The notes under the pieces: model-generated | What the model was told of the DNA's origin: nothing | What the model saw: only the letters and a program-made list of their open reading frames with translations | Database searches by the model: none | Shown here: positions 8,506 to 19,084 of the stretch, piece by piece | Position numbering within the stretch: the stretch's first letter is position 1 | How the letters are laid out: each line of letters starts with the position of its first letter | Assembly: GCA_965248925.1 (NCBI GenBank) | Contig: CBDFLE010000006.1 | Coordinates: 2,842,319-2,906,318 of the forward strand | Origin: Candidatus Multivoradales bacterium | GTDB lineage: Bacteria; Acidobacteriota; Thermoanaerobaculia; Multivoradales; J023 | DNA length: 64,000 bases | Reading direction: 5' to 3' | Program-made: the position numbers and the translations under genes

Positions 8506-9666
8506 GTGGTCAAACCCACGCGCTGGATCTGGCTGCCGATCGTGATCGCCGCCGTGGCGACTTTGGTCGGCGCAATGCCTAACTTGGACATGGCGCTCGA
8601 AACGCAGAAGGAAATGGTGGCGAGCTACCCTGACGACGCCAGCGTCCACAACGACTTGGCCAACCTATTCGTCCTTGCCGGCCAAAATGAATCGGCAGAG
8701 ATGGCTTACCAAAGGGCGCTCGAACTAGCCCCGGCCGATCCTGCCGCGCTGTTCAATCTGGCGTTGTTGAAGCAGCAGGATGGACGGCTCGACGATGCTG
8801 CGCAGCTCTACCAGCAGGTGCTAGAAATCGACCCGCGCAATGCCTGGAGCTACTACCAACTCGGAATTCTCTATGCCTCGCGCGGCCAAGACGACAAGGC
8901 GGTCGACCACTACGCCCACGCTTTCGGCCTCAACACCATGCTGTCGCTTGCCAGCCACAACCCGCACATCATCGACAATGAGTTCACTACCCAGGCACTG
9001 ATCGCGGCCGCCAAATATGTGCCGATGGCGAGCGCCGAAACACCCCTGGTGTTTGGCGAAGGCAGCCGTCTGCGCGGTTTGCTGGTCCCCGAGGAAGGAG
9101 CCGACGAAGACTCTGCGGAGGGTTCCCCGGCGATGGCGACCGAGGAGGGTGAATCAGGGACTGGCACCAGCATGCAGCAGGGTGCTGCGGAGAGCAGCGG
9201 CTCTGGGTCCTCGTCGGCTTGGGTCGACGAAGATATTGTCAAGGACGAGACCACCGGCAATCGGGTGTTGACCAGTGATTCCCTCGACCGCGGAAGCCAG
9301 CTCGGCAAGGTGAGCGGTGGCTCGGCGGCCGCTCGTGGCGGCTCGAACCGCTTTCGTCCCGGCAACTCTGCCCGCCGACCGGTTCGGCAGCCCCAAACCC
9401 GGCAGCCGACCGCCCGTCCTCGAACTCCACCGGCGGGGCATCCGGCGGCGCGGCCAGCAGTCAAGAACGAGAAGGAAGAGCAGGTCAGGCGGCAGCGCAT
9501 CCCCGTCGCGACGGTCCAGCGGCCGCTTCGTAGCAACCCTACGGTGCGCTTCCGACCCGGTGTGCGCAGCACCAGCCGGCTGGAACTGGAGCTGTTAGCA
9601 CCTTCGAGTCAGGCCCCGGAACGTTGGGCGAAGCTCGACCAGAGCGGGGGGTTGAAGAGACGCTGA
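8506..9666 (+). CDS. TPR-repeat protein with an N-terminal transmembrane helix and an Arg/Pro-rich C-terminal tail
   Basis: GTG at 8506 is preceded by GAGGAG at a 6-nt spacing. A TM segment (WIWLPIVIAAVATLVGA) is followed by TPR-like repeats (AEMAYQRALELAPADPAALFNLALLKQQDGRLDDAAQLYQQVLEIDPRNAWSYYQLGILYASRG). The last ~150 aa are low-complexity R/P/S-rich. Confidence 0.6.
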   Translation: MVKPTRWIWLPIVIAAVATLVGAMPNLDMALETQKEMVASYPDDASVHNDLANLFVLAGQNESAEMAYQRALELAPADPAALFNLALLKQQDGRLDDAAQLYQQVLEIDPRNAWSYYQLGILYASRGQDDKAVDHYAHAFGLNTMLSLASHNPHIIDNEFTTQALIAAAKYVPMASAETPLVFGEGSRLRGLLVPEEGADEDSAEGSPAMATEEGESGTGTSMQQGAAESSGSGSSSAWVDEDIVKDETTGNRVLTSDSLDRGSQLGKVSGGSAAARGGSNRFRPGNSARRPVRQPQTRQPTARPRTPPAGHPAARPAVKNEKEEQVRRQRIPVATVQRPLRSNPTVRFRPGVRSTSRLELELLAPSSQAPERWAKLDQSGGLKRR

Positions 9667-9678
9667 GATCCTTGCTCT

Positions 9679-10749
9679 TTAGATGTTGAAGCGGAAGTGC
9701 GCGACCTCGCCGTCGTGCATGGTGTATTCCTTACCTTCTAGCCGCAGGATCCCCTGTTCGCGACATTTGGCCATGCTGCCAAGGCGCAATAGATCCTGCC
9801 AGGGGATGACTTCGGCGCGGATAAAACCACGGGCGATGTCAGAGTGGATGGCATCGGCCGCTTGGCGGGCCGAGGAGCCGCGGCGCAGAGTCCAGGCTCG
9901 CACCTCGTCCTCACCGACGGTAAAGAACGAGATCAACCCCAGCAACTCGTAGCTGGCGCGCAGCACGCGGTCCAAGCTGGCTTCTTCGAGTCCAAGTTCG
10001 GCGAGGAACTCGTGCTGCTCCTCTTCTCCCAGTTGGGAGATCTCGGCCTCGATAGGCGCACTCACCACCACCCCGCGGCAGTTTGGGCCGATCTTGATGC
10101 CGGCGTCTTCCAAGCTGGTGGAGGCAACCCTTTCTTCACCGACGTTGAGTACCACCAGCAAGGGCTTGGCCGACAATAACTGAAAGCCTCGCAGGCGCTT
10201 TTCGTCGTCGTCACCGACTTCTACCTCGCGCAGCGGGCGCTCGTTCTCGAGGGCCGGTAGTAGCACCTCACTCAGTAGCTCTTGCTCCCGCTTTTCGTCG
10301 GTCGACAAACCGCGCTTGGTTGCTTTGGCCAGCCGCTCCAGGCGCCGCTCGACCAGTTCCATATCGGCTAGCACCAATTCTAGGTCGATGGTTTCGACAT
10401 CGCGTTGTGGATCGACCGAGCCGTCGCTGTGCAGGAGCTCAGGATCTTCAAAATCGCGCACGACGTGCACCAGGGCGTCGACGTTGCGCAACTCGCCGAG
10501 ATCGAGGCTCTCTGGCCCGCCGCCTTTCTGAATACCGGGAATGTCGACGTATTGCACCGTCGCCGGAACATAGCGCTTGGGCTTGTACATGTCGCGCATC
10601 TTGGCCAGGCGCGGATCGGGTACCTTGGCGATGGCGACGTGGGTTTTCTTGGAAGTTGAAAACTTGCCAGTTTCCTTCTCCGAGGCGGTTAGCAGGTTGA
10701 ATAGCGTGGTCTTGCCGGCTTTGGGCAGGCCGAGGATGCCGAGTTGCAT
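9679..10749 (-). CDS. ychF: Ribosome-binding ATPase YchF (Obg-family GTPase)
   Basis: N-terminal P-loop reads MQLGILGLPKAGKTTLFNLLT. Further YchF motifs include DIPGI and NVDALVHVVR, and the C-terminal TGS-like region reads AWTLRRGSSARQAADAIHSDIARGFIRAEV. ATG at 10749 corresponds to residue M19 of the tracked ORF. Confidence 0.9.
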   Translation of the reverse strand: MQLGILGLPKAGKTTLFNLLTASEKETGKFSTSKKTHVAIAKVPDPRLAKMRDMYKPKRYVPATVQYVDIPGIQKGGGPESLDLGELRNVDALVHVVRDFEDPELLHSDGSVDPQRDVETIDLELVLADMELVERRLERLAKATKRGLSTDEKREQELLSEVLLPALENERPLREVEVGDDDEKRLRGFQLLSAKPLLVVLNVGEERVASTSLEDAGIKIGPNCRGVVVSAPIEAEISQLGEEEQHEFLAELGLEEASLDRVLRASYELLGLISFFTVGEDEVRAWTLRRGSSARQAADAIHSDIARGFIRAEVIPWQDLLRLGSMAKCREQGILRLEGKEYTMHDGEVAHFRFNI

Positions 10750-10888
10750 GATTCTAGGGTCTCCGTGGTTCTCGCCGAGGCATCGAGCCCGACGCGGCTG
10801 CATTCTGCCATGTTGGCAGGGGGGGACAACAGAGCCCGGCCGAACTAAGGCGGCCGCGTTAACACAGCCAATCTAGCGCGACCGAATC

Positions 10889-12196
10889 CTAGATCTGCGC
10901 CCGCAACTCCAAGCCCTTGACCAACACGCTCGGGGCGCCTACCAGGCCGCCGGCCAGAGGAGTGAAAGTCAAATCGCGAGCCGCCGCCAGTAGTCCATGC
11001 AGCAGGCTTTGCACCGTGCCGGTTAGCCAGGCTCCGGCAACCGCGCCGGTGGGGCGGCCGGACTCGACCGAGAATCCGCAGACCGGTACCGCAAAGCGGC
11101 CACTGGCCAGGTCCAGCCGCGGACCCCCTTCCACATCCAACAAGTAATAGCCGCGGCGGATGTCGGCCAGTAGCTGGGCCACCGACACCGCCGGATCGGG
11201 TTGCAGATAGAGATGGGTGGCGCCAGGTCGCGGCAGATCGCGCCAGCTGGCTCGCCGCAAGCAGCCCGAAGAGTGCCCGAGCTTGCCGCGGCGAGCTTCC
11301 CACCAGGCGAGCAGGGGTTGGCGAAAGGCGCCTTCCTCGATCAGGGTTACTGCTCGGGTCGGCATGCCCTCGCCGTCGACCGGAGCGGCGCTAATACCGC
11401 ATTCGAGTCGGCCGTTGTCGATCAGGGTGAGCACGCCGCTGCCCAATTTGCCTTGGCGGTCGGCCCAACTCTGCGCCAGTTTGATGGCTTCGGGACTGCG
11501 CCATAGCGGCTGCAAAGCGGCGAGCAAAGCGGCCATCAATGGCGGTGCGAGGAGAAAGTCACCCCGGTCTCGCGGTGGGGCGGTGCCCTTTTCAGCTATC
11601 AACAAGCGGTCGGCGAGTCGTCGCGCCAAACTTTGGGGATGAAACTGGCGTGCTTGGCGCTGGGGAACCAGCAGGCTGACCGCGCGGCCGCCGCGGCTGG
11701 TGGCCTGCAAGTAAAGGACCGCGGCTCGCTGGCGAACTTGCACTTCGATCTGCTGGCTAGAGATCAGCTGACTCTCGCTCGAGCCGTCTTCGAGCTCGGC
11801 ACGCAGCAGACGGGCTTGGGGTAGCTCTGCCTGCAACTGCATGGCGATGGCTTCGACCAAGGCCTGTGCTTCGCTCTCACCGACCAGCGGGGAGTCGAGA
11901 TCCGAGGGTGCCGCCCAGGTGGGCACGCCGGTGGCCGAGGGCAGCCGCAGAGCCCGTCCATCGGCGCTTGGCCAGGGGCCATCGGCGGTTGGCTCGCCGG
12001 TCTGGGCGTAGAAGAAGGAGCGTCGCGGATCGCCGGCCCGCACGGCCCATCCTTCTTCGCGGCGCAGCGAAGTGACGCTGCTGCCGGTTTCGAAAACCAA
12101 TTGACGCGAGCGCCCTCGCTTGTGGTAAACCTCGACATCTTTCCAGCCCTCGGCGACCAGCGCCTCGAGGGTTTCGGAGAGCGCTGCGGCGACCAC
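10889..12196 (-). CDS. pmbA: PmbA/TldE-like metalloprotease partner protein (peptidase U62 family)
   Basis: The C-terminal region (GGPRLDLASGRFAVPVCGFSVESGRPTGAVAG...APSVLVKGLELRAQI) is typical of the TldD/PmbA family, and the HExxxH motif is absent. It sits directly downstream of tldD. The start is uncertain: GTG at 12196 lies 24 nt after the tldD stop, while the tracked ATG at 12301 would overlap tldD by 82 nt. Confidence 0.7.
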   Translation of the reverse strand: MVAAALSETLEALVAEGWKDVEVYHKRGRSRQLVFETGSSVTSLRREEGWAVRAGDPRRSFFYAQTGEPTADGPWPSADGRALRLPSATGVPTWAAPSDLDSPLVGESEAQALVEAIAMQLQAELPQARLLRAELEDGSSESQLISSQQIEVQVRQRAAVLYLQATSRGGRAVSLLVPQRQARQFHPQSLARRLADRLLIAEKGTAPPRDRGDFLLAPPLMAALLAALQPLWRSPEAIKLAQSWADRQGKLGSGVLTLIDNGRLECGISAAPVDGEGMPTRAVTLIEEGAFRQPLLAWWEARRGKLGHSSGCLRRASWRDLPRPGATHLYLQPDPAVSVAQLLADIRRGYYLLDVEGGPRLDLASGRFAVPVCGFSVESGRPTGAVAGAWLTGTVQSLLHGLLAAARDLTFTPLAGGLVGAPSVLVKGLELRAQI

Positions 12197-12219
12197 CGGA
12201 CGATGACCAGAACCCCATC

Positions 12220-13584
12220 TCAAGGGCCTACCTCCAGACCTTTCAGCAGCAGCGCCGGGGTGGTGGCCCACACTGGCAGCCTGATGCCTCCTTTGGCACA
12301 CCAGCCAGCACCGGCAGAGCGCACTTCGCTACCGACACCGACCACCGCATGCAGCAGATCGCTGACGTGGCCGCGCAGCCGGCTTCCACCCACTGGTGTC
12401 GCCAAGGCGCCGTCTTTGATGCGGTAGCCGAAAGGAAACGCGAGCTGGAATTCACCAGAAATCGGATCCAGGCGACCGTGGCAAGCTGCGGGCAGGTAGA
12501 GGCCGCCCTCGGCGCCAGCCAGCAGCTCGCCTGGGCTGAGATCGCCAGCGGCCAAGACCAAGTGGGTCGAGCGGGGTCCCGGGGCCAGATGGCGGTTGCC
12601 GCGCCGCGCGGCGCCGGGTAGCAAGCGTTCCGAGCGCCTGCCCCAACGGCTGTCGCACAGCGGCTGTTCGACCTTGCCGCCGCGCAGCAGCAGTCGCCGG
12701 GCGGCGGGAAATCCCTCGTCGTCGCTACGCCGCCGCACCGATTCGGGAGCTGAACCGGGGTCGTCGAAAACGTCGAGCAGCGGGGAGCCGAATTCGACCC
12801 CAATGGCCGCTTCCGGGTGACCGCCGAGGGCCAACGTATCGGCTTCCAGGGCGTGAGCCACCGCTTCGTGCAGGAGTACGGCGGTGGCGTCGCTGCCCAG
12901 CACGAAGGCGCCCCGCCAGGGTTCCGGCGGCGGTTGGCCATGGGCCTTGTGGGCCCGCACCATGCCGTCGGCGATGCGCCGGGCGTTCGCCGCACTGGCA
13001 CTGTCGAGCAGGCCGCCCCAGCGACCCCAGGGGGCTTTTACATCGTAGCTGTAGAAGGCTTCGCGCTCGGTTGCCGAATTCAGTTGGTTGCCCACCACTC
13101 GCGTCCAGCGGCGGTGGCGGCGGACGGTGAGGCGAGGCTCGAACTTGGCCCCGTGCTCGCTGAGTGCGTGTCGTACCGCTGCCGGCAGAGAGAGCAACTC
13201 GTTGGCCTCGATTGGCTGGCGCCAGGGCATGTTGTTCAACTGTGGGCGAGGGTAGGATGCTCGCGGCATCGCTCGGGCGACCCGGCGCAGGGCTTCGTCG
13301 AAGGTCTCCGAGGAGATCCGGTCGCGGCCGGCCAGCCAGGTTTGATCGCCGCGGGTCAGGCGTATGGCCAGCCCAGACTCGCGCCGGGCGCGGAAACCGG
13401 GCCCGACATCATCCGGTGGCAGCTCGAGATCTTCACGGCGTTCAAAGAAGACATCGCAGAGGTCTTCCGGGCGATCGGCGATCTGCTGCAGAGCGCGGAC
13501 AATGGCGGCTGTGTCGATGTTGGAGAACGGCACTTGAGCAATCCTTTCGGAACACCGCCGGGCGGCCCGTCTGGGGTTGCCCAC
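12220..13584 (-). CDS. tldD: Metalloprotease TldD
   Basis: Carries the HEAVAHALEAD (HExxxH) motif. The C-terminus (FQLAFPFGYRIKDGALATPV...LLKGLEVGP) is TldD-like. Paired with the pmbA homologue downstream. Confidence 0.8.
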   Translation of the reverse strand: MGNPRRAARRCSERIAQVPFSNIDTAAIVRALQQIADRPEDLCDVFFERREDLELPPDDVGPGFRARRESGLAIRLTRGDQTWLAGRDRISSETFDEALRRVARAMPRASYPRPQLNNMPWRQPIEANELLSLPAAVRHALSEHGAKFEPRLTVRRHRRWTRVVGNQLNSATEREAFYSYDVKAPWGRWGGLLDSASAANARRIADGMVRAHKAHGQPPPEPWRGAFVLGSDATAVLLHEAVAHALEADTLALGGHPEAAIGVEFGSPLLDVFDDPGSAPESVRRRSDDEGFPAARRLLLRGGKVEQPLCDSRWGRRSERLLPGAARRGNRHLAPGPRSTHLVLAAGDLSPGELLAGAEGGLYLPAACHGRLDPISGEFQLAFPFGYRIKDGALATPVGGSRLRGHVSDLLHAVVGVGSEVRSAGAGWCAKGGIRLPVWATTPALLLKGLEVGP

Positions 13585-13822
13585 AAGGTCATTGGCGGGG
13601 GCTCATTGTACGCGGGCGGTGGTTCTTCCGGGGTCGTTTTCTCGTTTCGTAAGGGTAACTCGCGTCTTGACCGAAGGGTGGTGGGCCGCAACCTGGCGAG
13701 CGACCCGTTTTTCAGCCAGGGTTGCGATACGATGCAGAGCCTCCGCGGCCGAGCCCGAAAACCCGAATCGAAGCCGCCTGCGCCCAGCGGGTGGCCGATC
13801 GCAGGATGAGTGAGCAAAATCG

Positions 13823-15415
13823 ATGAGCGAGCAGACCCCCGCAAAGTTGTCGCCCCAGGCTTCGGCCCTCGGCGAGCTCGAGATTCGTTTGCAGGCCGCC
13901 CGGTTGGGGGGCGGAAAGCAGCGCATCGAGCGCCAGCATGCTGCCGGCAAGCTGACCGCCCATGAACGCGTCGAGCTGCTGCTCGACAGCTGTTCGTGGG
14001 TCGAGATCGATGCCCTTGTCAGCCACCGCTGCCAAGACTTCGGCATGGGCAAACGACAGATTCCTGGCGACGGCCTGGTGGCGGGCTACGGCACCATCGA
14101 GGGTCGGTTGGTCTACGTCTTTGCTCAGGATTTCACCGTCTTTGGCGGTTCCTTGTCGGAAACCAACGCCAAGAAGATCTGCAAGGTGATGGATCTGGCG
14201 GTGGAGAATGGCGCACCGGTGATCGGCCTTAACGATTCGGGCGGTGCGCGGATCCAAGAAGGAGTGGTGTCGCTGGGTGGCTATTCCGATATCTTCCTGC
14301 GCAATACCTTGGCTTCGGGAGTGGTGCCACAGATCAGCGCCATCATGGGTCCCTGCGCTGGTGGCGCGGTCTACTCACCGGCGATCACCGATTTTATTTT
14401 CATGGTTGAAGGGACCAGCTACATGTTTGTCACCGGTCCCGACGTGATCAAGACGGTGACCCACGAGGAAGTCACCAAGGAAGAACTCGGTGGCGCTAGC
14501 ACTCACAGCTCGAAAAGCGGCGTCGCCCACTTCACGGTGGCCAATGATGCCGCCTGCCTGATGGCGATTCGCGAGCTGCTGTCGTTCTTGCCGTCGAACA
14601 ACATTGATGCGCCGCCGCTAGGCAACAGTGAGGACGACCCGGGCCGCGAGGACGAATCCCTCGACCAACTGGTGCCGGCGGACCCGAACAAGCCCTACGA
14701 CATCAAGAAGTTGATCCAGACGGTGGTCGACGACGGTCATTTTTTCGAGGTGCAGGCGAACTACGCCAAGAACCTGGTGGTTGGCTTCGCCCGCTTGGCC
14801 AATCAGAGCGTCGGTATAGTCGCCAACCAACCGGCCTACCAGGCTGGGGTGCTGGATATCAATGCCTCGCTCAAGGGCGCGCGCTTCGTGCGCTTCTGCG
14901 ACGCCTTCAACATTCCGCTGATCACCTTCGAGGACGTTCCCGGGTTCTTGCCGGGCACCCAACAGGAGTTTGGTGGCATCATCAAGCATGGCGCCAAGCT
15001 GCTCTACGCCTTCGCCGAAGCTACCGTGCCGAAGATCACCGTCATCACCCGCAAGGCTTACGGCGGCGCTTATTGTGTGATGGCTTCTAAGCATTTGCGC
15101 ACCGACGTCAACTTCGCCTATCCGATGGCTGAAATCGCGGTGATGGGCCCAGAAGGGGCAGTCAACGTCCTCTACCGCCGCCAACTCGCCGCCGCTGCCG
15201 AGCAGGGGGAATCGGCGGTGGCCGAGCTGCGTGCCGCCAAAGTGCGGGAGTATCGCGAGAAGTTTTCCAATCCCTATGTAGCCGCTGAGCGGGGGTTTAT
15301 CGATGCCATTATCGAGCCTCGGCAAACCCGCTCTCAGATCATCCGGGCACTGCGCCAGCTGGCCAGCAAGCGCGCCAGCGTGCCGCCCAAAAAGCATGGC
15401 AATATGCCATTGTGA
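13823..15415 (+). CDS. Acyl-CoA carboxylase carboxyltransferase (beta) subunit, propionyl-CoA carboxylase beta-chain-like
   Basis: Conserved carboxyltransferase blocks read [67 protein letters not shown] and YAWP-like [11 protein letters not shown]. The 530-aa length is typical of PccB/AccD5. Confidence 0.9.
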   Translation: MSEQTPAKLSPQASALGELEIRLQAARLGGGKQRIERQHAAGKLTAHERVELLLDSCSWVEIDALVSHRCQDFGMGKRQIPGDGLVAGYGTIEGRLVYVFAQDFTVFGGSLSETNAKKICKVMDLAVENGAPVIGLNDSGGARIQEGVVSLGGYSDIFLRNTLASGVVPQISAIMGPCAGGAVYSPAITDFIFMVEGTSYMFVTGPDVIKTVTHEEVTKEELGGASTHSSKSGVAHFTVANDAACLMAIRELLSFLPSNNIDAPPLGNSEDDPGREDESLDQLVPADPNKPYDIKKLIQTVVDDGHFFEVQANYAKNLVVGFARLANQSVGIVANQPAYQAGVLDINASLKGARFVRFCDAFNIPLITFEDVPGFLPGTQQEFGGIIKHGAKLLYAFAEATVPKITVITRKAYGGAYCVMASKHLRTDVNFAYPMAEIAVMGPEGAVNVLYRRQLAAAAEQGESAVAELRAAKVREYREKFSNPYVAAERGFIDAIIEPRQTRSQIIRALRQLASKRASVPPKKHGNMPL

Positions 15416-15549
15416 GGTGGCGAGCGAGAGCATCAGACCCGAAATCCGCCACGCTGGACGGCCCCCCTTGACAGAGGTCGCGCCGGTCGGGCAAGCTGAC
15501 CCCCCCTTTCGGCCACCGGCCGGGAGTTTCAGTCGACTCGAGGAAAAGC

Positions 15550-15960
15550 ATGCGAGAAAAAGATAGAGAGCTTCGCCGTCGGCGGCATCGCCGCATGAAG
15601 CGCCTCAAGAAAAGGCACCAGGAAGAGCAAGCGGCAAAAGAGCGCCAGGAGCGTTCGGCGCGCCGCGCCGCCACCAAGAAGAAGACCGCAGCCAAGCCCA
15701 AGGCCACCAAGGCGAAGGCTACTAAGGCGAAGGCTACTAAGGCCACTACCAAGACCAAGGCCGCGGCATCCAAGACCGGGCCAAAGAAAGCCGCGGTGGC
15801 TGAGGCAGCTGCCGACGATAAGACGGTAGAGGCCGAGGCAGCAGCAGAGGCCGATTCCAAGCCCAAGCCGAAGGCAAAAGCCAAGCCAAAAGCAAAGGCG
15901 AAGCCCAAGGCAAAGGCCGAAGCGAAGCCTAAGGCAAAAGCTGAGGAAGCTGACGATTAG
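15550..15960 (+). CDS. Lys/Ala-rich histone H1-like (AlgP/Hc1-type) nucleoid-associated protein
   Basis: A 136-aa protein with an arginine-rich N-terminal helix (RELRRRRHRRMKRLKKRH) followed by tandem KATKAKATKAKATKA and KPKAKAKPKAKAKPKAKAEAKPKAKA repeats and an acidic C-terminus (EEADD). The repeats are visible in the DNA as AAGGCGAAGGCTACT and AAGCCnAAGGCAAAAGCC periodicity. Confidence 0.6.
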   Translation: MREKDRELRRRRHRRMKRLKKRHQEEQAAKERQERSARRAATKKKTAAKPKATKAKATKAKATKATTKTKAAASKTGPKKAAVAEAAADDKTVEAEAAAEADSKPKPKAKAKPKAKAKPKAKAEAKPKAKAEEADD

Positions 15961-15976
15961 CCTGGAGGGAGTCGAT

Positions 15977-16414
15977 TTGCACGTTGCCTTCGGTGCGGAT
16001 CACGCGGGTTTCGAGCTCAAGAACAAACTACTTGAGTTTGTCGAGGGTCTTGGTCACGAGACTGTGGACCTGGGCACCTCTGCCGCCGCTAGCGTCGATT
16101 ATCCGGACTATGCGACCGCGGTCGCTCGGGCGGTGAGCGAGGGGCGGGCTCGGCTCGGCATCTTGGTCTGTGGCACGGGCCTCGGCATGGCGATTACCGC
16201 GAACAAGTTTCGCGATGTGCGGGCGGTAACTTGCAGTGAGCCGTTCTCGGCCCGCATGGCTCGCGAACACAACGACGCCAACGTGCTGGCTCTAGGGGCT
16301 CGGGTGGTTGGTGTGGGCCTTGCTCGTGAGGTCGTTCAGGTTTTTCTGGAGACTGCATTCGCCGCCGGTCGCCATGGTCCCCGGGTCGATCTGATCCGCG
16401 CCTTGGATTGCTGA
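15977..16414 (+). CDS. rpiB: Ribose-5-phosphate isomerase B
   Basis: RpiB/LacAB signature blocks read [13 protein letters not shown] and [16 protein letters not shown], with a C-terminal histidine region. TTG start at 15977 has GGAGGGA 5 nt upstream. Confidence 0.85.
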   Translation: MHVAFGADHAGFELKNKLLEFVEGLGHETVDLGTSAAASVDYPDYATAVARAVSEGRARLGILVCGTGLGMAITANKFRDVRAVTCSEPFSARMAREHNDANVLALGARVVGVGLAREVVQVFLETAFAAGRHGPRVDLIRALDC

Positions 16415-16484
16415 GAAATTGGGTCATCGAAGAGGATTTGGCCCACTGTCGGGGCATTTCGTAGGAAGTGACTCTGGAGTAACT

Positions 16485-17738
16485 ATGCCAACCTACGACG
16501 CGGTGCAAGCCGCCGATCCCGAGATCTACCGCATCTTGTCCGCTGAGCGTCAGCGCCAATCCCAGGGGTTGGAGCTGATCGCCTCGGAGAATTTCGTCAG
16601 CGAAGCGGTCTTGGAGACCGCTGGCAGCGTGCTGACCAACAAATATGCCGAGGGATATCCAGGGCGTCGCTACTACGGAGGCTGCGAGCATGTCGACGAG
16701 GCCGAGCAGTTGGCCATCGACCGCGCCAAGAAACTCTTTTCTGCCGAGCACGCCAACGTCCAACCCCACTCGGGTACGACCGCCAACATGGCGGTGTATT
16801 TCGCCTTCCTAAGACCCGGTGATGTGCTGATGGGCATGGACCTTTCCTGCGGCGGTCATTTGACCCACGGCCATCGGCTGTCCTACTCCGGTCGCGATTT
16901 CCAGGTGGTGAGCTATGGCGTTGACCGCGACAGCGAGTTGATCGACTATGACGAGGTGGAGCGGTTGGCGCTGGAACGGCGGCCCAAGATCTTGGTGGCC
17001 GGAGCCAGCGCCTATAGCCGACAGCTCGATTTTGGCCGTTTCCGCGCCATCGCCGATGCCGCGGGCGCTTTGTTGATGGTTGATATTGCGCATATCGCCG
17101 GCCTGGTGGCGACCGGTCTCCATCCGTCACCGGTGCCCTTTGCAGATGTCGTCACGACGACCACTCACAAGACTCTGCGCGGTCCTCGGGGTGGGCTGAT
17201 CTTGTGCAGAGAAGAGCACAAGAAAATGCTCGATCGGGCTCTCTTTCCGGGCCTCCAAGGCGGGCCGCTGATGCATGTGATCGCTGCCAAGGCGGTGGCT
17301 CTTCGCGAAGCCGCCAGCGAGCAGTTCGCGGCCTATCAAGAGCAGGTGATAGCCAACGCCGCGTGCCTGGCGGCCAAGCTCCAGCAGCGCGGCCTGCGAA
17401 TCGTCTCTGGTGGCACCGACAATCACCTCATGCTGGTCGATGTATTTGCCGCTGGAATCACCGGCAAGGTGGCCGAGAAAGCTCTCGGCCAGGCGGCGAT
17501 TACTTGCAACAAGAACACCATCCCCTACGACCGTAACCCGCCGCTGGTAGCTTCGGGAATCCGTCTCGGCACCCCCGCTTTGACCAGTCGTGGCATGGCG
17601 GAAGCAGAGATGGAGCAAGTTGGCGAAGTGATCGCCGATGCGATGCAGGCGGCCGACGACGACCAGGCCTTGGCGGCGATCAAGGGGCGGGTGATGGAAC
17701 TCTGCGAGCGTTTCCCGCTCTACGCCGACCTGACTTGA
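16485..17738 (+). CDS. glyA: Serine hydroxymethyltransferase
   Basis: SHMT hallmarks read [10 protein letters not shown] and [17 protein letters not shown], with the PLP-lysine region [19 protein letters not shown] at 16485 (residue M23 of the tracked ORF) has GGAG upstream. 417 aa. Confidence 0.95.
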   Translation: MPTYDAVQAADPEIYRILSAERQRQSQGLELIASENFVSEAVLETAGSVLTNKYAEGYPGRRYYGGCEHVDEAEQLAIDRAKKLFSAEHANVQPHSGTTANMAVYFAFLRPGDVLMGMDLSCGGHLTHGHRLSYSGRDFQVVSYGVDRDSELIDYDEVERLALERRPKILVAGASAYSRQLDFGRFRAIADAAGALLMVDIAHIAGLVATGLHPSPVPFADVVTTTTHKTLRGPRGGLILCREEHKKMLDRALFPGLQGGPLMHVIAAKAVALREAASEQFAAYQEQVIANAACLAAKLQQRGLRIVSGGTDNHLMLVDVFAAGITGKVAEKALGQAAITCNKNTIPYDRNPPLVASGIRLGTPALTSRGMAEAEMEQVGEVIADAMQAADDDQALAAIKGRVMELCERFPLYADLT

Positions 17739-19057
17739 GTAGACGCGGCCTGGCCAACTCGCGGCGGCACGCCGAATCGCTGTCGCAGAAGTCCGCGGAC
17801 TTCGCCGATCAAGTACAGCGAGCCGCAGATCAGCAGGCGGTCGGCACAGCCTTCTAGCGCTTGCCACAGAGCGTCAGCTACTCGCGGCTCCAGCCCCTGG
17901 GCGCGGTCGCCGAGCAGCTTGGCGGCTAGGGCCATACCGCCGCCGCGGCTGTGGCTTGTGGGCTCGGTAAGCCACAGCTTGCGGCAGCGCTTGGCCAAGG
18001 GGGGTAACATCCGCTCGATCTCCTTGTCGGCAAGGGCGCCGAACAGCAGGTCGATAGGCTGCTTGAGGGTGTCCAAGTAGCTTGCCAAGACCTTGCTGGC
18101 GGCGGGGTTGTGAGCGCCATCGAGCAAGACTCGGGGTCCCCCAGGGAGGTCGACCCATTCCAGTCGGCCCGGCCAGCGGCAATCATGGCTACCGGTGTCG
18201 ATAGCGGTCGGGCCGAGGGCCGAGAAACCGCTTTCGGCCAGCCGTTCGCCGGTAGCTACGGCCAGTGCCAGGTTGTTCAGCTGGTGCCGTCCCAACAGGT
18301 TCAAGACTAGTGGATAGGTGGCTCGCGAGGTGTGCAAGGTGGCTCTTTGGGCCAGGCTCGCTGGAGCGCCTTCGCTTTCGATCCTGACCTCTTGGTCGAC
18401 CCGCACCAGCTCGCTGCCCAACTCCTCAGCTCGCTGCTTGAGAACCGCCGCGACTTCGGCCTGCGGCGCCCACACTAGAGCGGGCCTGCCGGCGCGCAGA
18501 ATACCGGCCTTCTCGCTGGCAACTTGCGCCAAGGTGGCCCCCAGACTCTCTCGGTGGTCGAGGGCGATCGAGGAAATCACCGAGATCTGAGGCTCGCTCA
18601 GGTTAGTGGTGTCGAGGCGGCCACCGAGGCCGACTTCGAGCACGGCCAAGTCGACTTGGCGGCGCTGGAAATATAGCAAGGCGGCCAGGGTCAAGGCTTC
18701 AAAATAAGTCGGCGGGCGCCGCGGGTCGATGGCTGAGCTGTGGTCGAGCACCTCGCGCAGCAGGTCGGCCAGGTGCGGGTCTTCGATCAGCCGACCATCG
18801 ATCCTCAGCCGTTCACTGACCTGTTCGAGGTGGGGCGAGGTGTAGAGCCCGCAGCGATAGCCGGCGGCGCTGGCTATCGCTGCGATCAGAGCGGCGGTCG
18901 ACCCCTTGCCATTGGTGCCAGCGACCAAGACGGTTGGCAAGCCGGCCTGTGGATTGCCCAGGGCGGCTAGCAAGGGGCGGCTGTGCCGCAACCCTGGCCG
19001 GATGCCAAACATCGCCAGCTGGGCAAGTATCTGCTCGCTGGTCTGGTCATTGGGCAC
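17720..19057 (-). CDS. folC: Bifunctional folylpolyglutamate synthase / dihydrofolate synthase
   Basis: Mur-ligase-family P-loop reads [19 protein letters not shown]. Further motifs are YTSPHL and IALDHRE. The accD-folC gene order matches the classical accD-folC operon. Confidence 0.85.
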   Translation of the reverse strand: MPNDQTSEQILAQLAMFGIRPGLRHSRPLLAALGNPQAGLPTVLVAGTNGKGSTAALIAAIASAAGYRCGLYTSPHLEQVSERLRIDGRLIEDPHLADLLREVLDHSSAIDPRRPPTYFEALTLAALLYFQRRQVDLAVLEVGLGGRLDTTNLSEPQISVISSIALDHRESLGATLAQVASEKAGILRAGRPALVWAPQAEVAAVLKQRAEELGSELVRVDQEVRIESEGAPASLAQRATLHTSRATYPLVLNLLGRHQLNNLALAVATGERLAESGFSALGPTAIDTGSHDCRWPGRLEWVDLPGGPRVLLDGAHNPAASKVLASYLDTLKQPIDLLFGALADKEIERMLPPLAKRCRKLWLTEPTSHSRGGGMALAAKLLGDRAQGLEPRVADALWQALEGCADRLLICGSLYLIGEVRGLLRQRFGVPPRVGQAASTQVRSA

Positions 19058-19084
19058 AGTCAGGGTGCGGCGTCGGCCGCGGAC

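Noticed and set aside
15460-15500. TTGACA at about 15467 as the promoter of the histone-like gene.
   Set aside because: No acceptable -10 hexamer lies at 16-19 nt spacing (GCAAGC only), so it was not reported as a feature.
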